Positions 12,090 through 25,397 of a stretch of 64,000 nucleotides of DNA are shown here, one piece after another. The notes under the pieces were generated by a model that saw only the letters and a program-made list of their open reading frames with translations, did not search any database and was not told the DNA's origin. Every line of letters begins with the position of its first letter. Position 1 is the stretch's first letter. The stretch is taken from positions 16,120,001 through 16,184,000 of the forward strand of contig CM075987.1 of NCBI GenBank assembly GCA_038087875.1, in the 5' to 3' direction. The translations under genes were made by a program, and so were the position numbers. Origin of the DNA: Malacoraja senta. Lineage: Eukaryota.

Positions 12090-12560
12090 TGAACAATGGA
12101 ATTCTTACTTGCAGCAGCACAACAGATATGTAACCACAGTACTCTGTACACGCACTAATAAACAACAAAAAGTTCAGTAAAATATAAAAATACAAACAGA
12201 CAATAATAGTGCAAAGATCAAAACAGTGGCCCCCTGCAGTTCGGAGCTTATTTGGAGGTTGTAGTGTTTAATAGCCTGATTGTTATAATACGAGGCTGCT
12301 CCAGAACCTGGATGTTACAGTTTTCAGGCTCCTATACTTTCTTCCCGATGGCAGGAGTGAAATGAGGGTGTGGCCAGGGTGGTGTGGGTCTCTGATGATG
12401 CTGGCTTCTTTTGTGAGGCAGCGACACCCGCAGATCCCTTTGATGGTGGGGAGGTCAGTATCGGTGATGTACTGGGCAGTGTCCACCACTTTTTTGCAGT
12501 CTTCTTTGTTCTTGGGCATTCGAGTTGCCGGAACAGGCCGTGTTGCAACCAATCATTATG
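12090..12560 (-). mobile_element. Rex1/Babar-like LINE 3' end
   Basis: KKVVDTAQYITDTDLPTIKGI...ASIIRDPHHPGHTLISLLPSGRKYRSLKTVTSRF motif. Confidence 0.8.
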
Positions 12561-14954
12561 CTCTCAAAATACGGCCTTTGGCCTGTGCTGCTTTATTTTC
12601 CAGCCAGCCGATTGCCATCGTATGAATTCAGCAGCATTCCGAAAGTACCTGAAATGAAAGGAGAAAGGCAGATCAGAGAGAATTAATCATTTATTTTAGA
12701 AAACAAATGAAAATTTGTTGCACAGTGGACCTAGATCAGGAACGTACTAATTTGGAATTAAATTTGTTAAACATATTTTGGGATGGGGATTACACAGCCT
12801 AGAAGATTGTGCTATTTGTGAGACGAAATCTACTTATCTGATCAGCCCAATCCTTTGTTCATTTTCTCATTACCACTGATGAATATTAATTCCACCCTGA
12901 AAGGTGTGAAAGGATGTTCCTTGAGTCAACAATGCAAGGAGGCAGGGTATCTGAAGAGAGAAGGGGAAAAAGCAAGCATAGTGGAGCATGTGGATAGGAT
13001 GGAGCTGCTTGTTTCACTTCAGGCTCATCTGTTGACTCAATAATCTGTCAGTTATTATTGCACTTGCTCCTGAATCGGATGCCTGGGGGTTAAGCTACAA
13101 TTGAATCATTTGAGAAGAAAATCTATATTGAAGATGCTGCCAGGGCAGCATTGTAGGTAACCCAAGTTTCTTATGCATGAGAGGCTGCACTGATCTTTTC
13201 CCTGTCTTTAAAGTGGATGCAAAGGATCCAAAGATGAATATGGACAGGTGATGATTTTAGGTTTAATTTCTGTCCATTTTAGGACCCTTTTTGAGTTTCT
13301 AGTAGGAGGGTGAACATAGGTATTTAAATATCCACAACCCATATTCCTTTCAGAGGAGTGGATGGGATCAGGACGATGTTAGAATCAGAATGTCTGCTTG
13401 CCCTCCCCTTCCCCTCGTAATGTTGGTGCATTTTTGAAAGAAGGTGGACCACATTGCCGAGCTCTAAACAATAAAGGCCAATTCTCTGGAAGTGGATTTC
13501 CACAAGATATTTCTCAAGAATTCCTCTGGGACATATGTTGGTGTATTAGAGGAAAAATCAAGAAAGGACTTGTATTTACATGCATTTCAGCACCTCGAAT
13601 CTCAAAGCTCAGCGCTTATCAGGACTATTGAACTGACCTCTCATAAGCTAAGGATGTATTCCTGATCTCCCAATCTACCTCATTGCAGTCCTTGCACATG
13701 TTTGGGGGATTTTTCCTGCAGCTGTAACACTACATTCTGCACTCCATTTCCTTTTGCTTTGCACTAGCCTAGAGAACTCATGTATGGATGGTTTAATTGG
13801 ACTCATACGTGGCATGACTTGTCTAGCAAACATGTAAAACAATGTTTTTTACTGTATCTTGGTACATGTGACAATAACAAACAAATACAATGCTTATGAA
13901 GTAGAGTTACCATGAGAAACTGGAAAATCAACGTGCACATAGAAAGCTCCCAATGATGAGTGATGGTGATCAAAGAGAAAATATTGGCCAGGCCCTCAAT
14001 TTTTTTTAATTACAGGATTTAAATCTGATGTTTAATTGAAGTCAGGGTTATTAGGTAGTATAGAGCAAAGATGGTTAATAAGAGATTTAGTTTAAAAATT
14101 AAAAAAATACAAGTTGCTTTGATAGAGTAGAATGGAGAAATTCTTTCCAGGTGTCTTAGATTTTGGAAACCTGGCAAAAGTATCAGAAAACTGATTAGGA
14201 CATTTTTTTTTGGCACGTAAATTGGTGAGCTGGATAAAATGTCCCAGAGGGTGGTGGAAATAAAAGTAATTGTAAAATTGAAATGGTAATTGGTTATAGA
14301 GTTAAAAAGTAAAATTCATTGCAGGATCAGAGGAAAGAACAGGGGTTGTTGAGCGTGAAGGGTTGAGTGGCATTCTGCTGTGCTTCTACTAGTCTTTGAT
14401 TCTTGTCCAGACCAGTTTTGGGCCAGGAAGAGCGGAAAGTAAACTTTCCATTTTGTTATGCCATAAGTTGTCCTATTTCTCCGCACAACAGAGGAAGTTC
14501 ATTTTCCAACAAAACATGACCAGAGATCTGGAAACTCATCGCCTGGAATTTCCTGGGAATTACCCATTAATGCTTTTGCTGAAATGGCCTATGGCAATTA
14601 TAATTGGTACAGCATATCAAATAAAAAACCCAATTTAACTCAAACTTTTTGGGGAATTCCATTTAATACAGGCTTTGTGCGTAGGATGTTTGCACTGCAG
14701 GAGGAGGCCAGGCTTCAGTTTATCAAAATAAAATAGGTATGTCCTGCCAAAGTGACCCCAAATTCACATTTCTAAATGCTCTGGGTCATAGAAAAAAAGG
14801 GAAAGGTGTATAATGGAATTTATAGCCAACATGAGGCGACCCATTTAGGGAGAAGCATGCAAGCTCAGAGGCAGTAGGGAGAGCTGAATGCTATAATGAA
14901 GAGAGAGATTGCCTTCTGAAAGGCAGCACGACTTACATTGTCGAACTTCCTTAA

Positions 14955-15052
14955 CCTGAAGAAGGGTCTCGACCGGAAACGTCACCCATTCCTTCTCTCC
15001 AGAGATGCTGCCTGTCCCGCTGAGTAACTCCAGCTTTTTGTGTCTATCTTCC
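14955..15052 (+). mobile_element. Single arm of the Penelope-like-derived repeat
   Basis: CTGAAGAAGGGTCTCGACCGGAAACGTCACCCATTCC...ACTCCAGC. Confidence 0.65.
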
Positions 15053-15649
15053 ATAATCTTCCATTCGTTTCAGCCTGAGTTATGTGCTGCATTCTCCAGT
15101 GCTGCTTTAACCCTTGGCCTTCCAATCTGGAAGCATGACGGGTACCAACCGAGCCTCTGTTGCCACTTGTGTGGTCCTGGGGCTGTGGACAATGAGGAGG
15201 GGTATGTCATGCACTAGTGGGAGCTTCAGGCTTAGATCAGTAGTGAAGTGTTTCTTAACCTTGACAACAGATTCTCCAGGGGGGTCACACTGAGGAATGA
15301 AATGGTGTCACTCCTGAACTTGTGCTCCCAGCCCAGAGCGTTGCATGCCTGGAAATGATTCTGGTCACGGAGTGTTGAGAAATTCTGCAGTGAGCTGGTT
15401 TTCATCAACAAGGTCCCATATGCACTCCTGGCAAAGACTGTTTGCTTTAATAAACAACATGGGTTTCTAGTCCTTCCATTTATATTGGAAAAGTATAATT
15501 TTTTATCACTGTATGTTTTGTAGTTTCTGATCGTACAACCACGAGAGAAGGTTGCTAAACTAAAGCTCTGTGTGATCTATATCTATAGACATAGCAGTGC
15601 AGTACTGTGGGTACATGATTATAACTGGGCTCTTGTCATGTGGGGAAAG

Positions 15650-15860
15650 TGTTAAACTGAAGCCCCATCCACCTTCTCAGACAGAGCGTGGTGCCTCTGT
15701 TTTTAAAAGGATGGCTTCTGTGCCTGGTCCCCTGGCCAATGTTTATCCCTCAACTAATCTTTAAAACCAAAGCATTTATCTCATTGCCCTCTTGGGAGCT
15801 TGGCTGTGTATGAATTGACTGTTGCTTTACAACAGTGACTATATTTCAACACCTTCATGA
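15650..15860 (+). mobile_element. Old Deu-domain SINE (SacSINE1-like) fragment
   Basis: CCTGGCCAATGTTTATCCCTCAAC...CTCATTGC..TTGGGAGCTTGGCTGTG...TTACAACAGTGACT. Related decayed pieces at ~2740-2890, 7100-7260, 33400-33790 and 34620-34830. Confidence 0.5.
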
Positions 15861-18144
15861 AAGTACTCAGATGGCAGTGAGGATGGAGACTGGAATACCA
15901 ATACCTGAAGAAGCGCAGTTGTTCAAGAAAGCAGCTCACCACCTCCTTCTCAAGGGCATTGAGGTGGGCAACCTGGCTCAGCCTGTGAGGGTCCATATCT
16001 CTTGAATGAACTAAAAATAATTGCTTCTTCTTTAGTGCTGAGCTATAGTGTGTAAAGATTATCCCGTTCTCTGTGTTGAGTTGAGCTGTTTCAAACATCA
16101 CAGTCACTGAAGGAGGGTGAAGTTATCAGCTCAAATGTTAAACCCAAGACTCATTCTACCTGGCAAAGATTCCCATAGTATAATTGAAAGAGCAGCGGGA
16201 TTTTCTCAGTGTCTTTGACCAGATTTTAAACTGCATTAAGCTCAACTGATTAGTGGCAGAACAGTATTGAGGCTAATAAATCAATCATGATCTTATTGAA
16301 TGTCAAACCAGGCTCATAGATGTGTTGGGCCTGTGCCTACTATCTTATATGTTATAAACTATATATATCTTATAAACTATGTTATTTTCTTATGCACTGA
16401 GTCATGGAATATACAGCACAGAAGTAGGCCCTTCTGCCCATTGAGCTGACACCAACCATCAAGCACCCATTTACACTGATCCTATATTATATTCTCCTGG
16501 CATCCCCATCAACAAGCCCCAGATTCTACCATTTTTCCTAAACACAAAGGACAATTAACAGCAGTCAACTGGCACATCTTTAAGATGTTGGAAGAAATCT
16601 ACACAGTGACAGGAAGATCATACAAACTCCACATGTTCACTGCACACATCTCAAGAGGAAAGACTGTATTAGTTTAATGTTTAGTTTTCTGTTATCGAAG
16701 GGAGAGACAAAAGAACACAAAAGAGATTGCACTGGAGATCAACATTGAAGCGCATCGTTGGAGCTGTGAGGTAGCAGCTCGATCAGTTGCACCACTGTGC
16801 TATTTGAAGTGGGTTTGTTATGATTGAAGATTTTCTCCAAAGGCACTGAGAGAATAACAGGAAACTCTTCAGACCCTCAAAGACTTCCAGATTCAATAGT
16901 TGCTTCTGACAAGAGAAAGTGCTCTGCTCCTGGCTCTCAGCCAAGCCCATGCAGTATTATCTGTGTGTGACTCATTTCTCATTCACTGACGGGACTGGCT
17001 TGTTCTGCTGTTTGATGTGAGGTCGTGTGGCTGCCACACACTAAAGTTATTTTCCCCTGCTCAGCTATAAACAGACCACATGATCTAAACAGTGTGCCAG
17101 AGGAGTCGTCGTCTTTCCTCCCCCTCGGAAAATGCCTGTGCCCCATGAGCTGTCTCCCTGGATCATCTTATCTTGAAGCAAGCAAAAATAATGATGCTAT
17201 TTATCACAGAATGCAGTGGGCCAGCTCAGCGCTTTGCCATTGTTTCTGCCTCAGATAGATAAGCATAAATACAGCAGTGGTGACGGTGGAGGGGGTTAGA
17301 TGCAGGAGGGAAGAATGACACGAAACAATAACATCCAATTTAATCCTCCCCGCATCCTTCCAAAGCCGACCACACATCTTGCAGAGTACTCGCACACACT
17401 GCAGCAGGAATATTGCCTTAAGTATGCTCAGCCCAGACTCAGGACCCCCATGGAAATCTCACCCTCTTCCAGCTAAAAATTGTAGTGTGCAGAAACCATT
17501 CACAAAGAGCCTTTAATGACGGCATTTGGTGTGGTATTTCCAGAAGATTCAACTTATAAAATAGTCACTGCACAGATCCCAGGAGGAAAGATCACAATAG
17601 TTTAATATCTGGTTTTGTGTTATCCAAGAGAGACCAGAACACTAAAGAGATGTTAAAGTAGTGTGATCATTCCTCCTGTGACTGCACTGAATGTAAAGAT
17701 CTCCTCCACTGTTTATATTTTGCACAGGTTGTAGGTAAGAGAGTAGATATGAGCTTCAGGTTATCAAATATGGATGTAATTTTGATCTGAATAGTTATTT
17801 TACAACTTTAGAACACTCTAAAGATATCATGAAGCCCTTATGGAGCGACTACAGGATGCTGACCAGATGATCTTCTTCAGTGATCGGAATGCGCAAGTGA
17901 GGGATGAGTATTGGCTGAGACGTCAAGGAGGACAGAGTACAGTAGCCCTCACTGTATTGTGATGGATTTGGCACTCTGCCTTTTGGAGAGGGACTAATGC
18001 TGACATTCAAGAGACACTATTGATGGTTTGGAGCATCTCAAAAAACAATGTGGCCATCGTCAGCTTATCAGGGTAGAATGATCCTTCTAATTTTTGGACC
18101 CGTGTCAAGGAAACATGACTGCAAGGAGACAACAATATTAATGG

Positions 18145-18370
18145 TCAAGAAGGAACTGCAGATGCTGGAAAATCGAAGGTAGACAAAAGTGCTGGAGAAA
18201 CTCAGCGGGTGTGGCAGCATCTATGGAGCGAAGGAAATAGGCAATGTTTCGGGCTGAAACCCCACCCTGCATCAGTCTGAAGAAGGGTTTCGGCCCGAAA
18301 CGTTGCCTATTTCCTTTGCTCCATAGATGCTGCCTCACCTGCTGAGTTTCTCCAGCACTTTTGTCTACCT
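18145..18370. mobile_element. Fold-back Penelope-like-derived repeat with hammerhead-like core
   Basis: Long inverted arms around CTGAAGA-A-GGGTTTCGGCCC-GAAACGTT (18277-18304); 13-bp TSD ACAATATTAATGG. Confidence 0.7.
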
Positions 18371-21094
18371 ACAATATTAATGGATAATGTTAGAATACAC
18401 TTGTATTTATTATGCTTACGTAAAGTTTAAGTATATGGTTGCAGTTCTTGAGAAGTGTCAGAGTGTGAGGGAGAATGTCTGAGAGTGTTTTGGAAAAGTC
18501 CCAAAGATATATCTGCCAATAATCACTATTTTCAAGAGTGTTGGGAGAGGGCATAATGAAGAAAGAGATGGCCTGAGGGCCATGTGTAAAGCAGCAGTTG
18601 AACAATGGTGCCACCCAGTAGCTTGGAGTCAAAACCACAGTTATGCTGATTGAACGGGGTGGCTGAGGGCAAGCGAGTCATCCCTGACTCTCGGCTGCTC
18701 TGTGGCAGTGATTGCCTGTGAGGCGGTGGAAGCAGGGATCGGAGCGACCTCTGAGCACTATTGACGGCACCCCCTCCGCCTTTTTCTCAACCTTCTGCCT
18801 GCCATTGGCCTGAGTTCAGCCAAACCCCGCCAAATCATTAACTCACCGCAAGCCCACTGGCACACATTGTCTTCTGGTCATGGAAACACCTTAACAAACC
18901 TTTCATCCTCAATTTTGATTCATTTCATAGCCTTCCCCTCCTTATCTCTGCAAGCTTATCCAGGACACTGTGATACCTCCAGCTTCAGGTTCCTGCACTT
19001 CCCTTTTCTTATGTGTAATTCCTTGGTTTATAAAGCAATACACACTCTTGCTCTTTTTCACTGCTCACCAACTCGCACTCTCCTTTAAAATCTGCCTTTC
19101 TGATCAGAGGCATTGGGCAATAATAATGTCTCAGAGTCCGTTGATCAATTTTGTGCGATATCACTCCTCGGAACATTTACCTACATTACAATTGCAATTT
19201 AGAAGTTAGCTGTTGGATCATCTCATTCATGGGATTTAAAGAGAAATTCTGTCAACACATTACCAATCCCACAGCATCTCTCTCAGTCTGAATGACTAGT
19301 GGTACAATGATGAATGAAATTATTTTATGCTTATAATGTAGGTCCCCGATGGACTTGCAGGGAAGCAATACCATTGGTTCCATTCCCTCCTTTAATTCCT
19401 GTACCTGTGAAATTTTATTTTTCAACTATCAATTCCACTTTGATTCTTTTTGGCATTGACCTGTTCTGAAGGGTAATTTACTGTGGTCCAGTTAATGTAC
19501 CAGCATGTCTATCTATGGGTTGCAAGGAGAAAAACTAGCGTACCTGGATTACCAATGCGATCATGGAGGGAATGTGCAAATTCCTCAGAGACGGTACCTG
19601 AGCGAAGGATCGAATCCACCATTTTATCCATGAAAACCTGAAGAGTACATTTTTTTTTATACCTCCTGGCTCTGAGTGAGTATGATTTCAGAGTGGTACC
19701 ATGACAGCTGAGGAAGATTTGTCTAATGACTATTAGTGAGTGTAGATTGAAATATTCAGACTACAATTGCACCGGAATCTCAAAAACTTCAAAGGGAAAT
19801 CGATACCATGTCCGTGAAGATCTTATCAGGCAAGCCTCACTGGGGTCGGCTGAACCACAAACAATTCCAGCCTAAATAATGAAAAAGTACCTTCCAGGAA
19901 TCTTTCTCAATTGCTTGCTCACATTCGTTCACTAAGATATAGAGGATAGGTGGTTATTTGAACTAACAAAGATACTTTATTATCCTATAGTTGAAAACCT
20001 AGTGCAAAACAACATTTGTCTACCACCACATAACCTGGTTGAACGTTCAGAAGAAGACAGCAACTGTCCAACACGTTCTAGCCTAAACACTGCTGCAATA
20101 TGCACAGAGATGCAATTTCCATCATGGCACCAACCCAATGTTACAGAGGTTATATCCCTCTCTCTAGGAAAAAAAGCATATCCCTTTTGGCACCAAGTCT
20201 TTCAGATGCTTAGGTCAACAGATTGTTATTTTAATATAGGATGCCGTCCTTTATTACAACCTCTTCTTATTTTAGGACTACTGTGTATAGAATAACAATG
20301 ACATGAGTCATGTAATTACTTTCATGTGAGGTTCATCCTCCGTGTGTTTCCAAATCTTATTTGTAGTAAGTCATTGGCACCTCTGTTGTAACAGCATGTC
20401 AATATTCATCTCCAGTTTTAAATGGTCCACAACTGCAGTTATGTCTTCAGCTACTAAATGCTAAGCTCTGGTGTTCTTTCCCTAACTCTTTTTACTTCAG
20501 CGCCTGACGTTCCTTAAAACTATCTTTCATTTAATATCAGCATGCTAGAAATACTCAGCAGGTCAAATATCAAATTTTATTTGATAAGGATTCAATATGA
20601 AATGATCATGGGATCATTTACTCTGTTAAAGTTACTGTGTAAATACAAATGATTGACAATAATTGTCTGTTGTGACCCTTGGCCTTGGGATTGCTTTTAG
20701 CTGTTAATTTGCTTGGACTAATCATCCACTGTGTGCGATTAATCACCAGCAATGGTGTGTTCAACTCCCACCATAACAAATTGTATTTGGTTTTAAAGAT
20801 ACAGTAATGGCATGCTTTTGGAAAAATGCAGTATTTCACCAAATACCCTACAGGGAATGAAATCTGTAATATGTACCCAGACTCCAGTGCTCTTAGTTAT
20901 CTTTAGAGGCCATTTAAAAGTAAACATGCTCACAATGTTTCAAGAAAGCCCGTTACCACCGAGTCAAAACCACAAGGAATGAGTGATAAATACCAACAGT
21001 GCTCTTCACTCAAGAATTAATACTAAAGAATATGGAGGTGGATGCTTTGGAATGGGTGCAGAGAAAATTTACCAGAATGTTGCCTGGATGATCT

Positions 21095-21450
21095 GGTTGA
21101 CAGATGACAATGAGCCAGAGCAAAGGAAGGAGATCGACCGACTGACTAAACGATGCCAGAACAACAACCTTGCTCGCAACGTCAGTAAAACCAAGGAACT
21201 GATTGGAAGAGGAAAGTCGAGGACCCACAAACTTGGCTTCATCGACGGGACAGTGGTGGAGAGAATCAAAAATGTCAAAATCCTGGGCCTGTATATTTCT
21301 GAAGATCTGGCCTGGACCCAGCACATTGATGCAACCATAAGAAAAGCCCATCAACACTTCTACTTCCTTAAAAGATTGAGGAGATTCGGTATGACAACAA
21401 TACTCTCTTGAAGTTCTAGTGGTATACAGTAGAGAGCACATTGACTGGTG
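21095..21450 (+). mobile_element. Rex1/Babar-like (CR1-group) LINE RT fragment
   Basis: DDNEPEQRKEIDRLTKRCQNNNLARNVSKTKELI...VERIKNVKILGLYISEDLAWTQHIDATIRKAHQHFYFLKRLRRFG matches the post-YADD RT region of Rex1/Babar-type LINEs. Confidence 0.8.
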
Positions 21451-21744
21451 CCTGGAATGCACTGCCAGGGATGGTGGTTGAGGCAGATATGATGGTGGCT
21501 TTTGAGAGGCTTTTGGATTGGCATATGGATATACAGAGAAGGGAGGAATATGAATTATGTGCAGATAGATAAGAGATGGTCTTGGTGCCACAGACATTGT
21601 AGGCCAATGCGCCTGTTCTGTACTGTTCTATGTTAAATATTGTTAAATATGTGTTCATTGAAGGGATGTTGAGCTGACTGCCTCAGCCATCGTTTATTTG
21701 CTGATCAACAGAGTTATTGGCGGTTACTTCAAGAGGACCAGTAA

Positions 21745-22060
21745 AACCCCTGTCCCACGGTACGAGTTCATTCCAAGAGTTCTCCCGAGTTTGCCCTGAT
21801 TCGAACGATTTACGGTAATGGCCACTCGTCGGTACTCGGGGCTCTCGTGGACATTTTTCATCATGTTGAAAAATCTTCACGAGTCTTCCCCGTGCTTACC
21901 TGCCGTTAGCGAGTCTTCCCGAGTACCTGCCGTTAGCGCTAAGAGACGTCCCCGAGCTCCGACGTACCCGCTACGTTCATTCTCCGTGCTTACCATGAGT
22001 TTGTTTGTTTTTTAACTCGGGAGAGTTCTTGGAATGAACTCGTACCTTGGGACAAGGCTA
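21745..22060. mobile_element. PIF/Harbinger-type MITE
   Basis: ~45-bp imperfect TIR (CCTGTCCCACGGTACGAGTTCATTCCAAGAGTTCTCCCGAGTT and its reverse complement); TAA TSD at 21742-21744 and 22061-22063. Confidence 0.8.
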
Positions 22061-25000
22061 TAAGACTACAGATACTGGAATCTGGAACAAAGAGCTGAAT
22101 GCTGGAAGAACTCAGCAGATCAAGCAGCAGCTGTGGAGACAAAAGGTAGATGTCAACATTTCTGATTGAGACCCTGCACCCACACCAGATGTTGACATCG
22201 ACACCTTTTGCCTCCACAGATGTGTCTTGACCTGCCTGGTTCTTCCAGTGTTCTGGTCCTTATTCAACCATCGTGTGTGACGCAGTTGGGTATAATCCAG
22301 ATTCAATAAGGATTAAGATTTCCTCCCCAGAGGGTTACAATATTCTGTACTTTCATTGTATCCATTTCAGAGATTAGCCTTTACCTTTTAAAATCATAGA
22401 TTTATTTCATTCCTTGCATTCCTAAGTTACATTGGTAGGATTTGAATTCGTGACTCCCAGTGAATGATCAAAAGCACTAGACATTAGGTTCTTGATTTAA
22501 CTCTGTACAAGCACATTCCAACCAGCATTTATTGCTGCACACTGCTTTATGTATGTCATTAGCCCAATCTGCTGTTGCCGACTTAAAAAGCAAATTTATA
22601 GAAAAAAATAATTAAGGTTGTCTTTTAAGAGAGATGACTGGTGCCGGAGGAGTGCACTGCTTATCCTCAGGCCTGGTTTGTATTAATTTCAGTACAAAGT
22701 GGGTGCCTCCCTCCCATGGCTGGATATAAAAGTCCTGTTGGCAATGAGTTTGAATAGCTTTAACCCAACAACTGCCAGCCAGCAATGGAAATTTGCCCTA
22801 AATTTGAGCCTAAAATGATGCCGTTTGACACTGGGCAATGGCATATTCTTGTGCCAGATTAGATAGCTAACACTAAACGGATTATTCCATATGATGCTGA
22901 CATCAGTTGAGTGGAAAATGAAAGTTCATTCACCATTCTCAACGACCTCCAATAGACTGATACAAGAGTATTCCAAGAGAGTTAATACATCTCAGGGTGG
23001 GGTGTTTAAGAAACAAATTAATTTCCTTCTTGATGTGCCGTGTAAGTCACCCTTGATCGTGCAATGCATCTAACCTCTTAATTCTCCTGGATGCAACATG
23101 CACCCACATTGGCCTGTATATAACTTATTGCCCTTTCCATGTTGTCCTGTGTATAACATTATCCTTTGAGTGTTGTACTGTACATAATGTATTACCATAT
23201 TTTTGTTGCTCACTATCTTTCACATTACTACTCATGCATTATGCTTGATATAAGACATCATCACAAGTGTGTTGTGTCTTTGATAACACATTCTCACCTC
23301 TAGGTTTTCTTGATGTTCAACTGTGCCTGTATAGTTATGACCACTGACTTTGTGATGTTTTTTGGTTTAAAACAGTTTTTTTTAAAGAAATAACTGCGGA
23401 GGAGAATGTGCTGTCAAATTATTTGTTTTATGATCACAGAAAGTTCATTGGGAACTAATCCAGACTGAGTTGCCAAAATCTGTTTTCCTGATTGTTAACA
23501 ATGAGCAAATGATGGCCTTCTCTGTAATATTAATCAAAACACTTAAAGGAGCTTCACAGGTCCATAAACTGTGCATATCTACGTATATCTTACAAAGGCA
23601 ACATCTAAGGGTCTTGGCTTACACCTGGTGTTCCTGATAGATTTCGACTTAATCAGTAAGATACTTGAAATTTCACTGTGCTGTGCGTTTTCTCCGGATA
23701 ACATGAGTATTTTTTGCATATAATTTGTGTAATGATGCAGTAACAACAACAACAACATGTGATCTTTTTTTGACCAAATAGTAAGGCTGGACTTCCTTCA
23801 TTATCACACTAGACTTCATTCTCCCCTGGGAATTGAATGCACAAAGCTCTGACTTGGTGGTTTGGGTGCAGCTCACTAAGCTACAGTTGATACTCACAGC
23901 AAGACTAAGAAGGAATTGCAGCTGAGTCCTAACTCTGTGCTTCATGCAAGGGTTGTTGGATGGAGATCTGTGTGGTCTCTGGCTGACTTCCCATCCTGAC
24001 TCGGACGTGCTGTGACCATTTGTTGCAGTATTTCTCCAATTGGCATTAACTAACCGTTTAAGGTTAACACAAAACTATTCTTGCTTCTTCAACCCGTCGA
24101 GTAGGGGGAACTGTTGTTTCTAATTCCTTGGGTTTATGGGAATCCTCAACCTCTGATTAGGGGATTCACTGAATGAAAATATCCTTGAAGCACAATTCTG
24201 AAAACTTCCCCCTGAACTGCAACGTGGCTTATTGGAAAACTACTGAGTGGAATTTTTATAGGCCCAAGAGACTGCAGATGCTGGAAATTGAACAAAAAAA
24301 ACAAAGCACTAGAGTAACTAGGCAGTATCTGTGGAGGATAATGGCCAGTTGACAATTCAGGGCAAGACCCTTCATCTGAACTGGAATTCCAGTTTTGTTG
24401 GGAATGAACTTCTGAAAATAATAATTCTTTCAATCTGCTTGTACCTCGAATGGCACATCAGTTTCTCTGGAATAGTGCACCAGTGTTGCTAATATGGCAC
24501 TCATTTATATGTCTTCATCTCCTTTTAACCATGTCACCTTGGGATTACCCCTTTTATTCCCACTGACTGTTCCTGGACCTGTGTTCTGGGCAGTGGAGCT
24601 GACGATATTGCTACATTTGCTCCTTCATATAGTTTGGACAATAGCTTTTGCCTTTAATTCAGCTCTCATTTTTGAGGGAGCTATGTTAAACCATATAAAC
24701 ACATTGAGGACATCTGCTGTGAAAGATCTACAGTTTTGTTTGCAGTCCGTTACTTCGCCATCCAGATGTTCTTCAGCATGGCATAGGACAGATTGGGTTT
24801 TGCAAATTCTTGCCACATCTCAGTCTTTGATTTGGTCTCATGCCATTTCACATTTCAGATAGATGAATTTGTTTGTTTCCAGGGTATTCTTGCCAAGGTT
24901 CGCCGAAAAATGTATTTTGTCTTTTATTAAATTTCATCAACTCTGTCTTGCTGGCGTCCACTCTTAGATTAAGCATCTTCCCTTGTCACCTTAATAGTCT

Positions 25001-25264
25001 TTCTCAACACCTATAACTAGAAAAAAGTATATAATTTTGTCACCCACCAGTGCACAGTAACCAGCAAAATTACTGCTAACCTTAGTAAGTTACTAGTATA
25101 AGTAATAGGCAGAACATTGTCAGTTTTGCTAATTGTAGTACATTACGACCAGCAAAACCTATGTCACTTTGGCCATTGGAGATGAAAGGATAAACTGCAG
25201 CCGAGTGAGGGGAGAACTGACACCGTCCCGCAGGGTGTCAGTTTTCCCGCCCCCCCCCCCCGCC

Positions 25265-25397
25265 ATCAGTCTGAAGACGGGTCTCGACCCGAAACGCTGC
25301 CTATTCCTTCCCTCCATACATGCTGCCTCACCCGCTGAGTTTCTCCAGCATTTTGTGTCTACCTCTGATTTTTCCAGCATCTGCAGTTCTTTCTTAA
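25265..25397 (+). mobile_element. Single arm of the Penelope-like-derived repeat
   Basis: CTGAAGACGGGTCTCGACCCGAAACGCTGCC...CCAGCATCTGCAGTT; near-identical to the arm at 18274-18370. Confidence 0.65.

Noticed and set aside
17719-17740. Possible 7-nt micro-exon (ttttgcacag|GTTGTAG|gtaaga)
   Set aside because: Chance occurrence is plausible; frame-shifting length; no gene context.
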